Shown: piece by piece, positions 1 through 12,996 of the stretch
Numbering within the stretch: the stretch's first letter is position 1
How the letters are laid out: each line of letters begins with the position of its first letter
Source of the DNA: Chiloscyllium plagiosum
Lineage: Eukaryota
DNA: 64,000 bases
Direction of reading: 5' to 3'
Assembly (NCBI RefSeq): GCF_004010195.1
Contig: NC_057734.1
Location: 45,271,605 to 45,335,604 of the forward strand
Notes under the pieces: model-generated
What the model was told of the DNA's origin: nothing
The model's database searches: none
The model's input: the letters and a program-made list of their open reading frames with translations, nothing else
Position numbers and translations under genes: made by a program

Positions 1-347
1 ATAGCTCATGCTTTGCAAAACTACTCTCCAGCGCATTCCTCTCCGTTTACCAATTGCTTCGTGTTCCTTTATTGAATGCTAAAATTCTCAGGCATGGTAC
101 CCTATGATAAATATAAGACGTCTCTTTTTTTTTAATCTATGCAAATATAGCTACACACAGTCGCAATCACCTTATGACAGGTACTCTTTTGGACCATGCG
201 GAACATTATGTTTCTTCAGACCGTTGAGCACTTTGCACGATTTACTTCCGGGGGTCGAAAAGTACTGACATCGCAATAGATTTGACTCATTTTGACAGAA
301 ATGAAAGACGCCGAAATGAACGATGGATTTGACGTTCGATCAATTGT

Positions 348-353
348 TTTATT
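348..353 (-). terminator. Polyadenylation signal (AATAAA) of IgL unit 1
   Basis: AATAAA on the minus strand ~280 nt after the C stop; conserved at the homologous position in unit 2 (23919-23924). Confidence 0.6.
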
Positions 354-631
354 GAACTGCGGTATTGGGATAGATTCAGAATGGTTAAATACTTAAGACA
401 CAGTCTGTTCCTGTCTTTTATTCAGATGTATAGATGCAAACTAATAATCATTGGCATTTCGGTTAACACGGCGAGATTGTAAAAACCGGTTTCTTTTCCG
501 GAAGTTTCCGGCGCGATGAACATTTTTTTTAAATTAACCGGAATGCAAATAATTTCGACCGTATTGTTACATGGGAGGCATGAACAGGAATAAACAAGCT
601 TTCTCAACTGAGACAAGTGGAGTTTCCGAAA

Positions 632-1230
632 TCACATACAGCTCGATCTCGAGATACTTGTCTGAAACGGAGTTCTCCGAGTCTCGTGTTTAACCCCACA
701 GGAGTAACGCTCGTGTCAGTTCCACTCTGAGGCTGACAGGGTCAGATAGCTGTTCAGGAGTCCGCGGCGTCTCCCGATTCAACTCTGCTGATACCTAAAA
801 TTCCTGCGTTGCCGGAGACAGAGCCCGAAAACCGGTCTGGAACACCTTGAGGCTCTGTTCGTGCTGCTGCTGACCCAATGTTTAAGCAGATGCCGAGGAG
901 CATTTCCAGATTTCTGTTGATACCAATGAATGGTGGCGCTTCCTAAGGAGGCACCAGACGGAGTGCAACTAACCTGGACGGTCCCTCCCCGGGGGAAGTC
1001 GGTTGGTTTACCGCAATCTCTGCGCTCGAAACTGGAGGGAAAAAAACAAGCATCAGGAACCTTACTGCTGTGTACTTTGGTCAATTATTGAAACTATTGA
1101 ATATATACGCATTGGAAAGATCACCCCAAACAATCTCCACAAAATGGATTTCACAGTAGATCTAAATGTGAGAACACCCACCTGCAAGGCAGAAACAGAA
1201 AACAACAGTAAGACGTGCCCAGTCGGACGT
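632..1230 (-). pseudogene. Immunoglobulin light chain pseudogene (lambda-type): leader exon + V exon fused directly to 3' half of C exon
   Basis: Leader exon 1230-1182 reads (ACG)SDWARLTVVFCFCLA, phase 1, donor GTGGGT. Intron 1181-1032 ends in ttttttccctccAG. V reads EIAVNQPTS/GGTVQVSCTPSGASLGSATIHWYQQKSGNAPRHLL...NRAS/GVPDRFSGSVSGNAGILGISRVESGDAAD with 2 frameshifts. At ~757 it switches to C sequence SYLTLSASEWN*HERYSCGVKHETRRTPFQTSISRSSCM* (stop 634-632). Start codon is ACG in a cacc context; internal TGA. Confidence 0.9.
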
Positions 1231-1302
1231 GGTGAAAGGTTTAACCAGGCTGAGATGCACTGAGAGCTGTTTAACAAATTGGATTTAGTACCTGAAAGGT
1301 TA

Positions 1303-1358
1303 ACTCTTTTAATAAGACCGGACACCAAGAAGGTGTTGCCCTTTGCTGGTATGCATAT
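1303..1358 (-). promoter_or_regulatory. Degenerate Ig V promoter (octamer-like + TATA-like)
   Basis: ATATGCAT (1358-1351; one mismatch to the light-chain octamer ATTTGCAT) and TTATTAAAA (~1314-1306), 75-125 nt upstream of the leader start. Confidence 0.45.
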
Positions 1359-3442
1359 TAATAATTTCATCTCACCCAATCAGTCTCTGAAACCTAAAGA
1401 CAATCTCAAAATCCCTTCAGCGAACAGCAAATACACGGAGGGTAATAGAAAATCAAAATGCAGAGGTTGCGGAAATTCTAAGATTAAACAGAAAATACAT
1501 GTCTATATCAGTGCAGGAAATATCATAGAGCGAGAAACTGGATCCATATTTCATTTCGTGACCTTTCTATAGAAGCTCAACTTGCCAAAAGCCTTACCAC
1601 GCTCCCAACGTGTATTCTGTGCGATCTATATTGCTAAAATTGATTTGAATCCTCGAAACGAGCACAATAAAAGATGTCAGAAACAGATGTAACATTTTGA
1701 GTCCAGCGACTTGTTCAGTTCCAAAGATCGTGAAACGTCACTTTTCTTTTCTCCACAGACGCTGCCAGACCTGCTGTGTTTCTCCAACGCTGTATGTTTT
1801 GTTTATGATTTTCAGCATTCGCAGCATTTTATGTTTATATAAAAAATATAATTTAGCCTCTTTGACACATCTACCCAACACTCAAATGTCACAGTGTTCC
1901 GGGTAAAGTGATGGGCTCCAGTCCTCCCAGCAATGGCTCCGACGCCACAACGCAGAATAATTGGTCACTGGGAAGGACAGTTATACTCACTGATATTGCC
2001 AGAATCTTCTGCTTATTCTCCGAATTTCAACATCCGCTGCATTTTGATTTTGTAACACCTCCGTCTTCTAACACCTTCCTTTCAGTTTCTATTCGTTTTG
2101 AGATTGTATTCAGGTTTCTCAGACTGACTGGATGAGTTGAAAACATCCATCGATGTTAATTTTAACTCTGAGATAGATAAATGTTGTTAAGCATATGTCT
2201 TAAGGGGTACGGTCCAAAGTCAGGAATATGACGCAGGCCCACTGATCAACCATATCTCATTAAATTGCGGAACAGGGTAGAGGGGCTGAATGGTCTATTC
2301 CCATCTCTATGTTCCATAGATTCTCCATTGGTCAGTCATGACACCAAATCAGGTTGTGAAAATAAATCGGGCGGAAAGGTAACAAATGGGGTTGAAGAAC
2401 GGTCCCCGGCGTCCAATAGAATTGGGAAACCCAAATACGGGTGTTTTGGCCAACACGCGATTTCCACTGCAGATTGAATTATTAATGAAATCCCAATAAT
2501 GTCTCTCACAGCCAGGACGGTAAGAACAAACCTGTTGATTGGTGAGTGAAGAGGTGATAGGTCAGTAACGCAGCAGATGGTGGGTTAATGGTCCATGGGT
2601 CCAAAAAGAACCTGTGAATGAGTATAGCATTAAATTCGCACCGTTACTAACTCTGCTTTCGCTTCTTCGCCAACGGTTGCCTCCCTTTTGCTGAGATTAA
2701 CATCTGTTATTGATACCGATTAAAAGTTTCTTCAGTTGGGGATATACCTTTATTCAATTTCACTATGCAAATTTGGCAATTCATATGAAACTGTTCTTCA
2801 ATTTCTGATGAAATAACGCACCAGGAAGAGATTGCCTCTTTCTTTCCACAGGAATCTGCAATGCCTGTGTTCCCAGGATTTTCCTGTTTTTATTTTGAAG
2901 GTTAAACTAGGTGGACCTAAGATGCAAGTATTTTGCAATCTTGTCTTTTTATGTTTGATTCAAGATATATTGTTGTAAATAGTTCTAGAAATGTTCTAGA
3001 GCCGTTTTCTATAGAAAAAAGAGATAATGTAAGAAGTAAAATGTGCTTTTTTCCAATAGTTTTGTGAAACTGGGCGAGATTTCAGGAAACAGCGCGTTTT
3101 AGAGACATTTGAATTTATTGGAAGGAATTTCACCTGACAGTATGGCACAATTTCATATACGAAGCATTTTCTGAGATTTCAAGTTGTGATTTATACGGGC
3201 TTCCTTCTGTTACGGGGGTATCCTTGTCTGTTATGGACAGTGCGACGAACCCTCTTCTACTGAACTACTATATGAGCTTCACGGACATCTTTCTCAAAAT
3301 GACGAAGTCATGGAGATGGCGTGGGGGTGGGGTGGGGCGGGGTGTGGGGGGCAGGGTTTCAATTATCACAGACTCTCCCTTCTTCAAACTGCACTTTTGA
3401 GGTGAACACAAGTATTACCACACAGCCATCTCTGCCCTCACA

Positions 3443-3458
3443 TGCGCCCCCTGCTGCT
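3443..3458 (-). promoter_or_regulatory. CTCF-like motif
   Basis: Minus strand AGCAGCAGGGGGCGCA matches the CTCF core CCAGCAGGGGGCGC at 13/14 positions. Confidence 0.45.
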
Positions 3459-3704
3459 CCATTTCATGATGTCTTTCTTCTTCCTTCAAAATATCCCGAT
3501 ATCACGTTTCTGGAAAACCCACGGTTCTGCTGCAGGGACAACTTTCTATTGTAGACACTAAGCAGCTGCCACTGCTGAATTACTGCCGTCACCAATTGAT
3601 ATCCCCATTGACCCTGTGGACTGCTCAGAGAACTACATTAGATATAACTAATTTTCTTGTTCATACGTGATTTCCATTTTCAGCTCATGACGTCCTCCTT
3701 GTAC

Positions 3705-4850
3705 ACAGAGTCACTGCGTCATACATCACGATAACAGATCCTTTGGCGCAAATAATCCATTCCGAATATAATCCCGAACTAAACTCGTTCCACCAGCCCA
3801 CGCTTAGCCCATATACTTCCAAACATTTTCTATTTGCTTACTTATCCAAATGTCTTTTAAATGTTCCCCCATCCACCACTTCCCTTGGAAGTTCAGTCCA
3901 CACATGAGCCTCACTCTGTGCAAAAACGTTGCTCCTCATGTCTTTTTAAAATATTTCTCCGCTCACCTTTAAAATATGCCCTGTGTCTTGAAATTCCTCA
4001 CCGCGGGGAAGAAAATCATATGCTATTCACCTTTGCTATACCCTTGTGATTTTATAAACCGCTATAAGATCGCCCCTCACCCTCTTACGCTCCAGTGAGA
4101 AAAGTCCCAGTCTCTCCAGCCTGGCAACATCCTGGTAAATCTCTTCTGAATCCTCTCCAGCTTAATGATATCATACTTATAACAGATGGATCAGAACTGG
4201 ACACAGGACTTCAAAATAGGCCTCACCAACCTACTCTACAACTTCAACATGATGTCTCAACTCCTCTACTCAAAGCTCTGAATGCTGAAGGCAAACGTCC
4301 TAATCGTGACCTAATCAGTTCTTAACTGATCTACATGTGGCGCACACTTCAAACAATTATATGCCTGACTCCCTGGTCTCTCTGTTCTACAACAATAGCT
4401 AAGGCCCTACTTTTAACTGTATAATTCCTTCCTTATTGTATTAAAATGCAATACCTTGCATTTACCCAAAATAAAATCCATCTGCCACTCCGCTGCCCAT
4501 TAGCCCAACTGATCAAATTTTTTTTAGTCTTAGATAACCTTCTTTATTGTCCACTATACCGCCATTTCTGGCGTCATTAGCAAATGTAGAAATCATACCT
4601 CATTCAATATCCTCATTCAATTAATTCATATAAGTGACAAACAAAAGTGGATCCAGTACGGAACCCTGCAGAACACCGCTGCTAACAGGCTTCCAGTCGA
4701 AGAAACAACCCTGCACTCCCACTCTCTGTGTCCTACTGTGAAGGCAATTTTGGATCCAATTGGCAAGGTCGCCCTGAATCCCATGTGATCTTACTTAACT
4801 AATTAGACTACGCTGTGGAGTCTTGTCAAAGGCTTTGAAATGTCCAAGTA
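3705..4850 (-). mobile_element. CR1-clade LINE, 5'-truncated, decayed
   Basis: Minus-strand RT/3' end sequence homologous to the CR1 copies at 17188-19215 and 25292-25962. Confidence 0.8.
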
Positions 4851-5791
4851 AACATCCTAACACTAGATGGAGACGGGTTGCTAGTTCCCAAAAGTCGCCA
4901 ACTCGCCCTGTTAGGTGAGCTAATTTAGGAATGTTTCCCACCCGCCCAGATGGAACTTCATTCGAAGACGTAGAAAATCCGTGGGATCCGGTCGGGATGT
5001 CGTAGGTGGGGGGGGCGGGGGGATGTTGGCGATGTTAGTGGGAGTGCAGCTCCGCTGTGGTTTCAGTATCCCCATCTGTGCGAATATACTGAAGCAAAGA
5101 GCGCGCTGTAGGTTCAAGCTCTGCTGTTTGTTTTCCGGTTAGCCAATAATAGAAACTCTGCGGGAATATCTGCAGTAAACCTTCAGATGAAATCACTGGT
5201 CTGATTATAGGTGAAGTGATCTGAAGCCAGGCAGGTGCTCCCGGGTTTGGACGAACGAGCCGCTCAATTCCTCAATGAAATTGCATGGCCACAAATCCCA
5301 CTTCAGCCCTTCATAAGCTCCAGCCAATCGGAATCTTCCTGGTATTTCCTTTCAGTTCGCAAAAGATCCGAACCCGATTGGACAGCGCTGGCTTTTGAGA
5401 ATGGGGTAGGGGCATTTGTTGCCACTCGGTCACTGATGACCAATTACCGAACTGATCTGTGTTTAAACGCCTGGATTTACTTCCGAGTTTCTAAAGAAAA
5501 GCCAGCAAAAACCACAAACTTCATCCTGCCCCCTCAAAAGACCATGCTGTCCTGGCCGAGTGCCTGTCCCGCCGAGTGGAACGCTACAGCTCAGTTAAAG
5601 AGCACTCAACAGACCTTCTGCGCCAGTGACCCTTCAAAGAAAAAATAATGATGACTAAAAATCTTGACATCTTGCCTTTCACGACATTTCATACGATCAT
5701 TACTGCTATTAAATCAAAAACAAATTGAATGGTTCCTTGTGCGGGGCGAACTTTACAGATAATAGTTAATGACAAGGCGAGCTTTATGTTT

Positions 5792-8700
5792 AAAAGAACA
5801 AAAGAACAAAGAAAATTTACAGCCCAGGAACAGGCCCTTCGGCCCTTCAAGCCTGAGCCGATCCAACTGTAATGTCTGAACCTTTCGGTCAATTCCTAAG
5901 CATTTGTATCCCTCTACTCCCTGCCTACTCATATATCTGTCCGGACGCATCTTAAATGAATCTACCGTGCCTACCTCTACCACCTCTGCTGGCAACGCAT
6001 TCCAAACGCCCACCACCCTCTGTGTGAAGTACTTGCCGCGTGTATCCCCCTTAAACGTTCCACCACTCACCTTGAAAGCATGACCTCTGGTTATTGAATC
6101 ATTCACCCTGGGAAAAAGCTTGTCTCTATCCATCCTGTCTATACCCTTCATGATTTTGTAAACCTCAATCAGGTTCCCCCCTCAATCTCCTCTTTTTAGT
6201 GAAAATAAACCTAACCTACTCAACCTCTCTTCATAGCTAGCACCTTCCATACCAGGCAACATCCTTGTAAATCTTCTCTGCACCCTCTCTAAAGCGTCCA
6301 CATCTTTTTGGTAATGTGGCGATCAGAACTGTACACAATATTCTAAATGCGGCGGAATCAATGTCTTGCACAATTTTAATATGACCTGCCAGCTCTTATA
6401 CTCAATACCACGTCCAATGAAGGCAAGCATACTATACGCCTTCTGGACCACTCAATCCACCTGTGCAGCAACCTTCAGGGTACAATGGACCTGCACTTCC
6501 AGATCTCTCTGTCCATCAACTTTTCCCAAGGCTCTTCCATTCATTGTATAATTCGCTCGGGAATTAGACTTGCCTAATGCAACACCTCATATTTGTCTGG
6601 ATTGAAAGCCATCTGCCACTTTTCCGCCCAACTCTCCACTCTATCTATATCCTCCTGTATTCTCTGACAGTCCCTTATGCTTTCTGCTACTCCACCAATC
6701 TTTGTGTCATCTGTAAACTTGCTGAACATACCAACAGTGATTTGTATGTAGATTCTAGATTATTTATGTATATTACAAACAACAGTGGCCCCAATACTGA
6801 CCCCTGTGGAACACCACTGGTCACATTTCTCCATTTCGAGAAATTCCCTTCAACTACTGCTCTCTGTCTCCTGTTGCTCAACCAGTTCTTTATCCACCTA
6901 GCTAGAACACCCTGCACACCATGTGACTTCACTTTCTCCATTAGTCTACAATGGGGAACGTTATCAAATGCCCTACTAAAGTCCATGTATTCGACATCAA
7001 CAGCCCTTCCTTCATCTAACAACTTGGTCACTTCCTCGAAGAACTCTATTAAGTTGGCAAGGCACGATCTCCCCCGTACAAAACCATGTTGCCTATCACT
7101 GATAAGCTCATTCTTTTCTAAATATAAATATATCCTATCTCTTAGTACCCTCTCCAGCAATTTCCCCACCACCGACATCAGGCTTACTGGTCTGTAGTTA
7201 CCCAGAATATCCCTACTACCCTCCTTGTACAGAGAGACAACATAAGCTACCCTCCAGTCCTCTGGCATCTCACCTGTATTTAAGGATGCTACAAAGATAT
7301 CTGTCAGGGCCCCAGCTATTTCCTCTCTCGCCCCTCTCAGCAACTTGGGATAGATCCCATCTTGTCCAGGGGAGTTTTCCACCTTAATAACCTCGAGCAT
7401 ACCCAACACATCTCCCCTACTTATGCCAACGTGATCCAGACTAATCAAACTTCTATCTCTAATCTCAAGATTCATCATGTAGCTCTCCTCAGTGAACACT
7501 GATGCAAAGTAATCATTCAGAATCTCATCCATTCTCTCAGGTTCAGCACACAGCCTTCCTTCATTATCTTTTAGTGGACCAATCCTTTCTCTAGTTACCC
7601 GCTTGCTTCTTACATAAGAATAAAATGCTTTGGGATTTTCCTTAATTCTGCTTGCTGAAGCTATTTCATGACCCCTTTTCACACGCTTAATTCCTTGTTT
7701 AAGACTTGTCCTATTCTTCCGATATTCCTCCAGGGCCCGTTCTGGTTTTAGCTACCTAGACCTTATGTACGCTTCCCTTTTCCTCATGGCTAGTCATACA
7801 ATTTCTCCTGTCATCCACGATTCACGAATCTTGCCCTTCCTATCCTTTGCCTTCAACAGGACATGCCTATCCTGCACTACCGTTAACCTATCTTTGAAAG
7901 CCTCCCACACCTCAAATGTGGACTTCTTTTCAAATAGCTGTGTCCAATCCATATTTCCCAGCTCCTGCCTAATTTTGATATAATGGGCTTTGGCCCAGTT
8001 TAGTACTCTTCCCTGAGGACCACGCTCTTCTTTATCTACAAGTATTCTAAAACTTAGAGAATTGTGGTCACTGCTCCCAAATAAATCCCCACTGCAACTT
8101 CTTCCACTTGTCCTGGCTCGTTCCCCAGAACCAGGTCCAATATGGCCCTTTCCCTCATCAGACTATTGACATACTGCTCTAGAAAACTCTCCTGGATGCT
8201 TCGTACACATTTTACTCCATCCATACCTCTGACGCTAAGTGTATCCCAGCCAATGTTGGGAAAATTAAAATCTCCCAGCACCACTACCCTATTGCCTCTA
8301 CATCTATTCATAATCTGTTTACCTATTGGTTCTTCTACCTCACACTCACTGTTGGGTGGTCTGTAATACAGCCCCAACAATGTAACTGCACCCTTCTTAT
8401 TTCTCAGCTCCACCCATAATACCTCACTACTCAAGACCACCATAGTGTCCTCCTTTAGCACAGCCGTGATATCGTCCCTGACCAGTAATGCAACTCCACC
8501 CCTTCCTTTACTTCCCTCCCTGTCCTGTCTGAAGCATCTATATTGTGGAACATTTAGTTGCCAATCATCATGCCCTTCCTTCAACCAAGTCTCTGCGACG
8601 GTAATAATGTCATACTCTCAGACACCAATCCAAGCCCTAAGTTCATCTGCCTTACACACTATACTCCTTGCATTAAAGTAGATGCATTTCAGGCCACTAG

Positions 8701-10110
8701 TTCTTTTGTGCTCACCTGCTCTCTGCCTATTCTTCCCTTTATTAGTGCTATCTTCATAATTCTTACAGTCTCCACCTCGCTGCCTACTTGTTTTCTCTTC
8801 TGGTTCCCAGTCCCCTGCCACATTAGTTTAAAACCTCCCCAACAGCAGTAGCAAAAACTCCCCCAAGGACATTGGTTCCGGTCTGGTTCAGATGTCGACC
8901 ATCCCTTTTGTAATAGTCCCACCTTCCCCAGAACCAGTCCCAATGTCCAACAAATCTGAAACCCTCCCTCCTACACCATCACTCAAGCCACGTGTTCATC
9001 CTACCTATTTTTTAATTTCTACGCTGGCTAGCTCGAGATCACTACCTTTGAGGTCCTCCCCTTTAACTTCTCTCCTAGCTCCCTGAATTCTTCTTTCAGG
9101 ACGTCATCTCGCTTTCTACTTATATCGTTGGTGCCTATATGCACCAAGACAACTGGCTGTTCACCCTCTCCTTTTAGAATGGCCTGCAGCTGATCAGTGA
9201 CATCCCTGACCCAAGCACCTGGGAGGCAACATACCATCCGGGAGTCCCGTTTTCGGTCACAGAACCCCCTATCTACTCCCCTCACAATAGAATCCCCTAT
9301 GACTATGGCCCTTCGAGTCTTTTTCCCACCCTTCTGAACAGCAGTGCCTGCCACGGTGCCATGATCTTGACAACTGCTGCCCCCCCCCCCCCTCCCCCGG
9401 TGAGCTATCTCCCCCAACAGTATCCAAAACGGTATACCTGTTTTGGAGAGAGATGACTGCAGGGGACACCTGCACAGCCTTCCTAGTCTTTTTCTGTCTT
9501 TTTGGTCACCTATTCACTGTTTCCCTCTGCAATCCTAACCTGCAGTGTGACCAGTTCACTAAATGTGCGATCCACAACCTCCTCAGCATCGTGGATGCTC
9601 CACAGTGAGTCCATCCGCAGCTCCAGAGCCGTCATGCGGTCAAACAACTGCTGCAGCTGGACACACTTCTTGCAAGTGTAAGAGTTAGGAATGTCTAAGC
9701 TCCCACATCAAGCTAGAGTCACATGCCACGGGTCTGAGGTCCCCTGCCATTGTAAGCTTAGCATTATATGAACTAACTGAAACCAAACAATGCACTTAAA
9801 TAAATGAAAAAGAAAGATAAGAAATAAAAGCCTTACCTTACAGGGTCTTTTTTTCCGGTTAGAGGAGGGGGCGGGAGGGAGATACTACACGTGTAGTATC
9901 TCGAGTTTAGCCACTGCCAAAATATAAATTAAGCCCTTACCTTCCCGGCAGCCCTCGCTTTGCTTCTCCTTCTCTCCTCGCCGCTCTGGCAAAATGGTGG
10001 CCCGACTCCCGAGGTAAGTCCCTTTTTATGTGGGAAAATTTACCCTTCCCGGCAGCCTTCACTTCACTCCTCCTTCGCTCCTTGCCACTCTGGCAAAATG
10101 GAGCGGGATC
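5792..10110 (-). mobile_element. Full-length CR1 LINE (5'UTR, ORF1 with SGNH esterase domain, ORF2 APE+RT), frameshifted
   Basis: ORF1 starts MAGDLRPVAC at 9750 and contains AIVIGDSIVRG and LVHIGTNDI. APE motifs YRPP and GDFN in 8054-8584. RT in 6687-7682 (NYRPVSL, GVPQGSVLGPLLF). Microsatellite-like 3' tail (ttctttg)n at ~5792-5812. Confidence 0.95.
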
Positions 10111-10259
10111 AATTTTATTAAATGAGGTACCATCCACATGAACTTTTAAACTCTCAACTTCTAAGCATGGAATCATAGGATCATACAGTACAGAAGATAC
10201 CATTTGACCCATTGAGTCTCTAGCACCCCATTTAGACTGTGAAAAAAAAAACAGAATAT

Positions 10260-10964
10260 TGTTATGAAGATGTGGGTGTACTATACCTTTAAGAGGGTTA
10301 AAAGCTAGTAGAACTACCTGACAGCACCAAGTGTTCTGAGTGAGGTTACAATGTAACACTTGGTCGAAAGATTAGCTGGGTTGCTTAGAAACAATAAAAC
10401 AGATTTGAATTAGGCCAATCAGTTTAAATTATACCCCGAAAAATACCAATCTCCAATCCAGAATGAATTTCGTATGTTGACAATCTTAAAAGCCAATGAC
10501 ACAATCCAATGCTTTGGGGGTATAAAACTGGGGAAAATTGAACAGATGGGAGGAGAGCTGCCAAGCAACCAGCATCTCCGGACTGCCCAGAGAATAGCTC
10601 TCTTGAAGGTATCTTTATCATTCAGTGTTCTGTGAAACAGAAATCCCTAAGAAGAAGAAAAGAAGACTGAGGAAGAGAAGATTTGACATCTGGCTAGTTT
10701 TGAAAATTTGAATTTTTGGTAAATCTTAAACAGGGGGCTTTATTGGACTAGCGTTGTAGAAGGGGTAGGTAAAAGATAGGTTGGAGGAAGGAGTCGTAAA
10801 TAGTTGTTAGTTAATTATTCTCTGTTACACTTTAAGAAATAAAGTTGTTAATTTTTACTAAATAGGTCTTGGCCTCTCGAATTTTCACAGATTACTGCAC
10901 GGGATAATTTTTTTCAGTGTTGCTGGTTTAAGTTAAGCAGGAGAGTTTACCCCGTGTCGCAGCA
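10260..10964 (+). mobile_element. Probable solo LTR
   Basis: Begins TGTTATGA and ends TCGCAGCA (degenerate terminal inverted repeat). Internal CCAAT, TATAAAA (~10521) and AATAAA (~10838) in LTR order. No clear TSD. Confidence 0.5.
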
Positions 10965-12996
10965 CTACATATTCATATACAAATCCTGTCAAAATGCCAT
11001 TCTCATTCAGTGGCTGCATTTACCATTGAACGTGTCGGCAGGATTGCGTGTGCGCAATGATATTGTCAGAGAATCAAAGAATTCCTCAGTGCGGAAGGAG
11101 CCAATTGGTCGTTTAAGTCTACACCCAGCCTGTGAAGAGCAACCCGCCAAGACCACAGCTTGGCATCACTGCGACAATTAAAAGAGCTGTGACAAAGGAC
11201 TTAGCACACTCTTGGCACCTGAAATTTTGATGTTCAGAATTTTGTTCTCTCTGACTATATATTTCCACAAACAATATTTGTGTCAAACCACGTTTTATTT
11301 TGTCTGCCTCTGTCTGTACGTAAGCCTGAGTTCCAGGTTTTAAATGAATATAATTTAATTACTGTTGTCCTGTCATGTGTTAAACAATAAGTGTTTGCCA
11401 ATAAACAACGTTTCTGCTCGTGGAAGTAAGATGTGAAATGCTTTTGTCGTGAATAACAGTCAGTAAATACATTGCTCAATTTGGTCGTTTGAAGGGTTAA
11501 GATTAGGATTAATCCTAACCCAACCCTTTCTCTCAGGTTTTGAGACTCTGAAGCTCGATTATCGGCGCATTAGTTTAATTTTGGTCACACTGGATCGTGG
11601 CAAACAGAACTGAATACAGCAATTTAAGCACGGGTTTACCGATGATTTTTTTAAATGGAAAAAGTATTACATTATTTCTTGTCCACTATTTTTCTACTAA
11701 TGCATAATAAATTCTCATTTGCGTTCACAGCAGCAAGTAACAATGATATCGATTCCACTTATTGTCTAACAGATAACCGTTCATACTTAGCACTTCTTTT
11801 TATCATTATTAAATAATAGTCAATTCCTCAATTATTTAAATTTTGCAATATTGTATTTCATTTTCTAAACAATTATACAATGATAAGGTGCATTCAAATC
11901 ATGCACTGGATTGCTCTGCTTGGCTTTGTAATCTCGCATTTAGCGTTCAGTTGTAGTGTTACAAATGTGTTCTTAATTCCATGCTCCAAATCACAAACCT
12001 ATTAAATAAAACCTGTCCTCAACAAACGTCGTTGGGCACCGAAAGGGATTTGGGAGTCCATTTGGCTGGTGAGTGGTTTGCCATGTAGCCTGCCATTAAT
12101 GGCAGTGTTTCAATTCCCACATCGAATGACGATTACCATGAAGCTCCTTTCTTCACCTGTCTGGCGCCTTGCTCAGGGCGTGGTAATCTTTAGATCGAAC
12201 TTCTCCCTTGAATGGTCTCCGAGAAACCATTTTCCAGACTGTGAACCCCAATTCCTTTTCCATGTGAAGCATTTTACGAGCATTAACAATTTATATTTAA
12301 TAATTACCATGCGTTTTATTTCTATATACTGCAGTGAATATACCCAGTGTCTGTTCAAACAGCGAGTCTAGTGAACGCTTGATATGCCCTTCATGAAGCA
12401 AACCGGGGTTTATTTAAGTAAGGAGACAGTATAAAGCAGTTCTCCAGCTATGGCATCAATAATGTCCTATATAATTGTAGAAAAAATTCTTTGTTCTGAA
12501 ACTCAAATCTCTTTCCAATAAATGTTACATACCACTTGTCTTCCTAATTGCTTGTTGCGCCTGCAGTGTCATTCATTTATAAAGACATCCATGGCTCTCT
12601 GAATGGAAAGATCACCATATTTTCATCATCACTTACCTTATCAATGTTAACAACATCACGTTGAGTCACAGTATCTTCTCTCACTCATGTCCTTGCCCAA
12701 ACATCAAAGCTATTCATCATCCCCACCCCCAAACCCCACACCTCCAACCCCCACCACCCGCAGCTTCTTTGTATCCTCCATCCACCTGACTATAATCATG
12801 ATACCACTTGGCCGTATCACGCTACTCAGCCTCATCATTGCAGTTATTAAAGTATAGTGAAAATTGTACAGGCACAAATATTGAGTACTGCGACACCCTG
12901 TTAGTTAAAGCATGTCAACCAGCAAACGGCCTTTTCATTGCTCATTTCTGTTTCTTGTCCAGTAACCAATGTCATTGTGAACTAGCCTGTAAGCAC

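Noticed and set aside
779-1084. ORF 779-1084 as an intact Ig V gene
   Set aside because: It covers only the middle frame of a frameshifted V; it starts in the intron and lacks the second cysteine.
79-2772. Perfect octamers ATGCAAAT at 79, 543 and 2765 as Ig enhancers
   Set aside because: The 543 site is not conserved in the paralogue, and isolated 8-mers in AT-rich DNA are weak evidence.
6577-7197. 206-aa plus-strand ORF and similar ORFs (17482, 25555) as novel genes
   Set aside because: They are antisense frames of CR1 ORF2.
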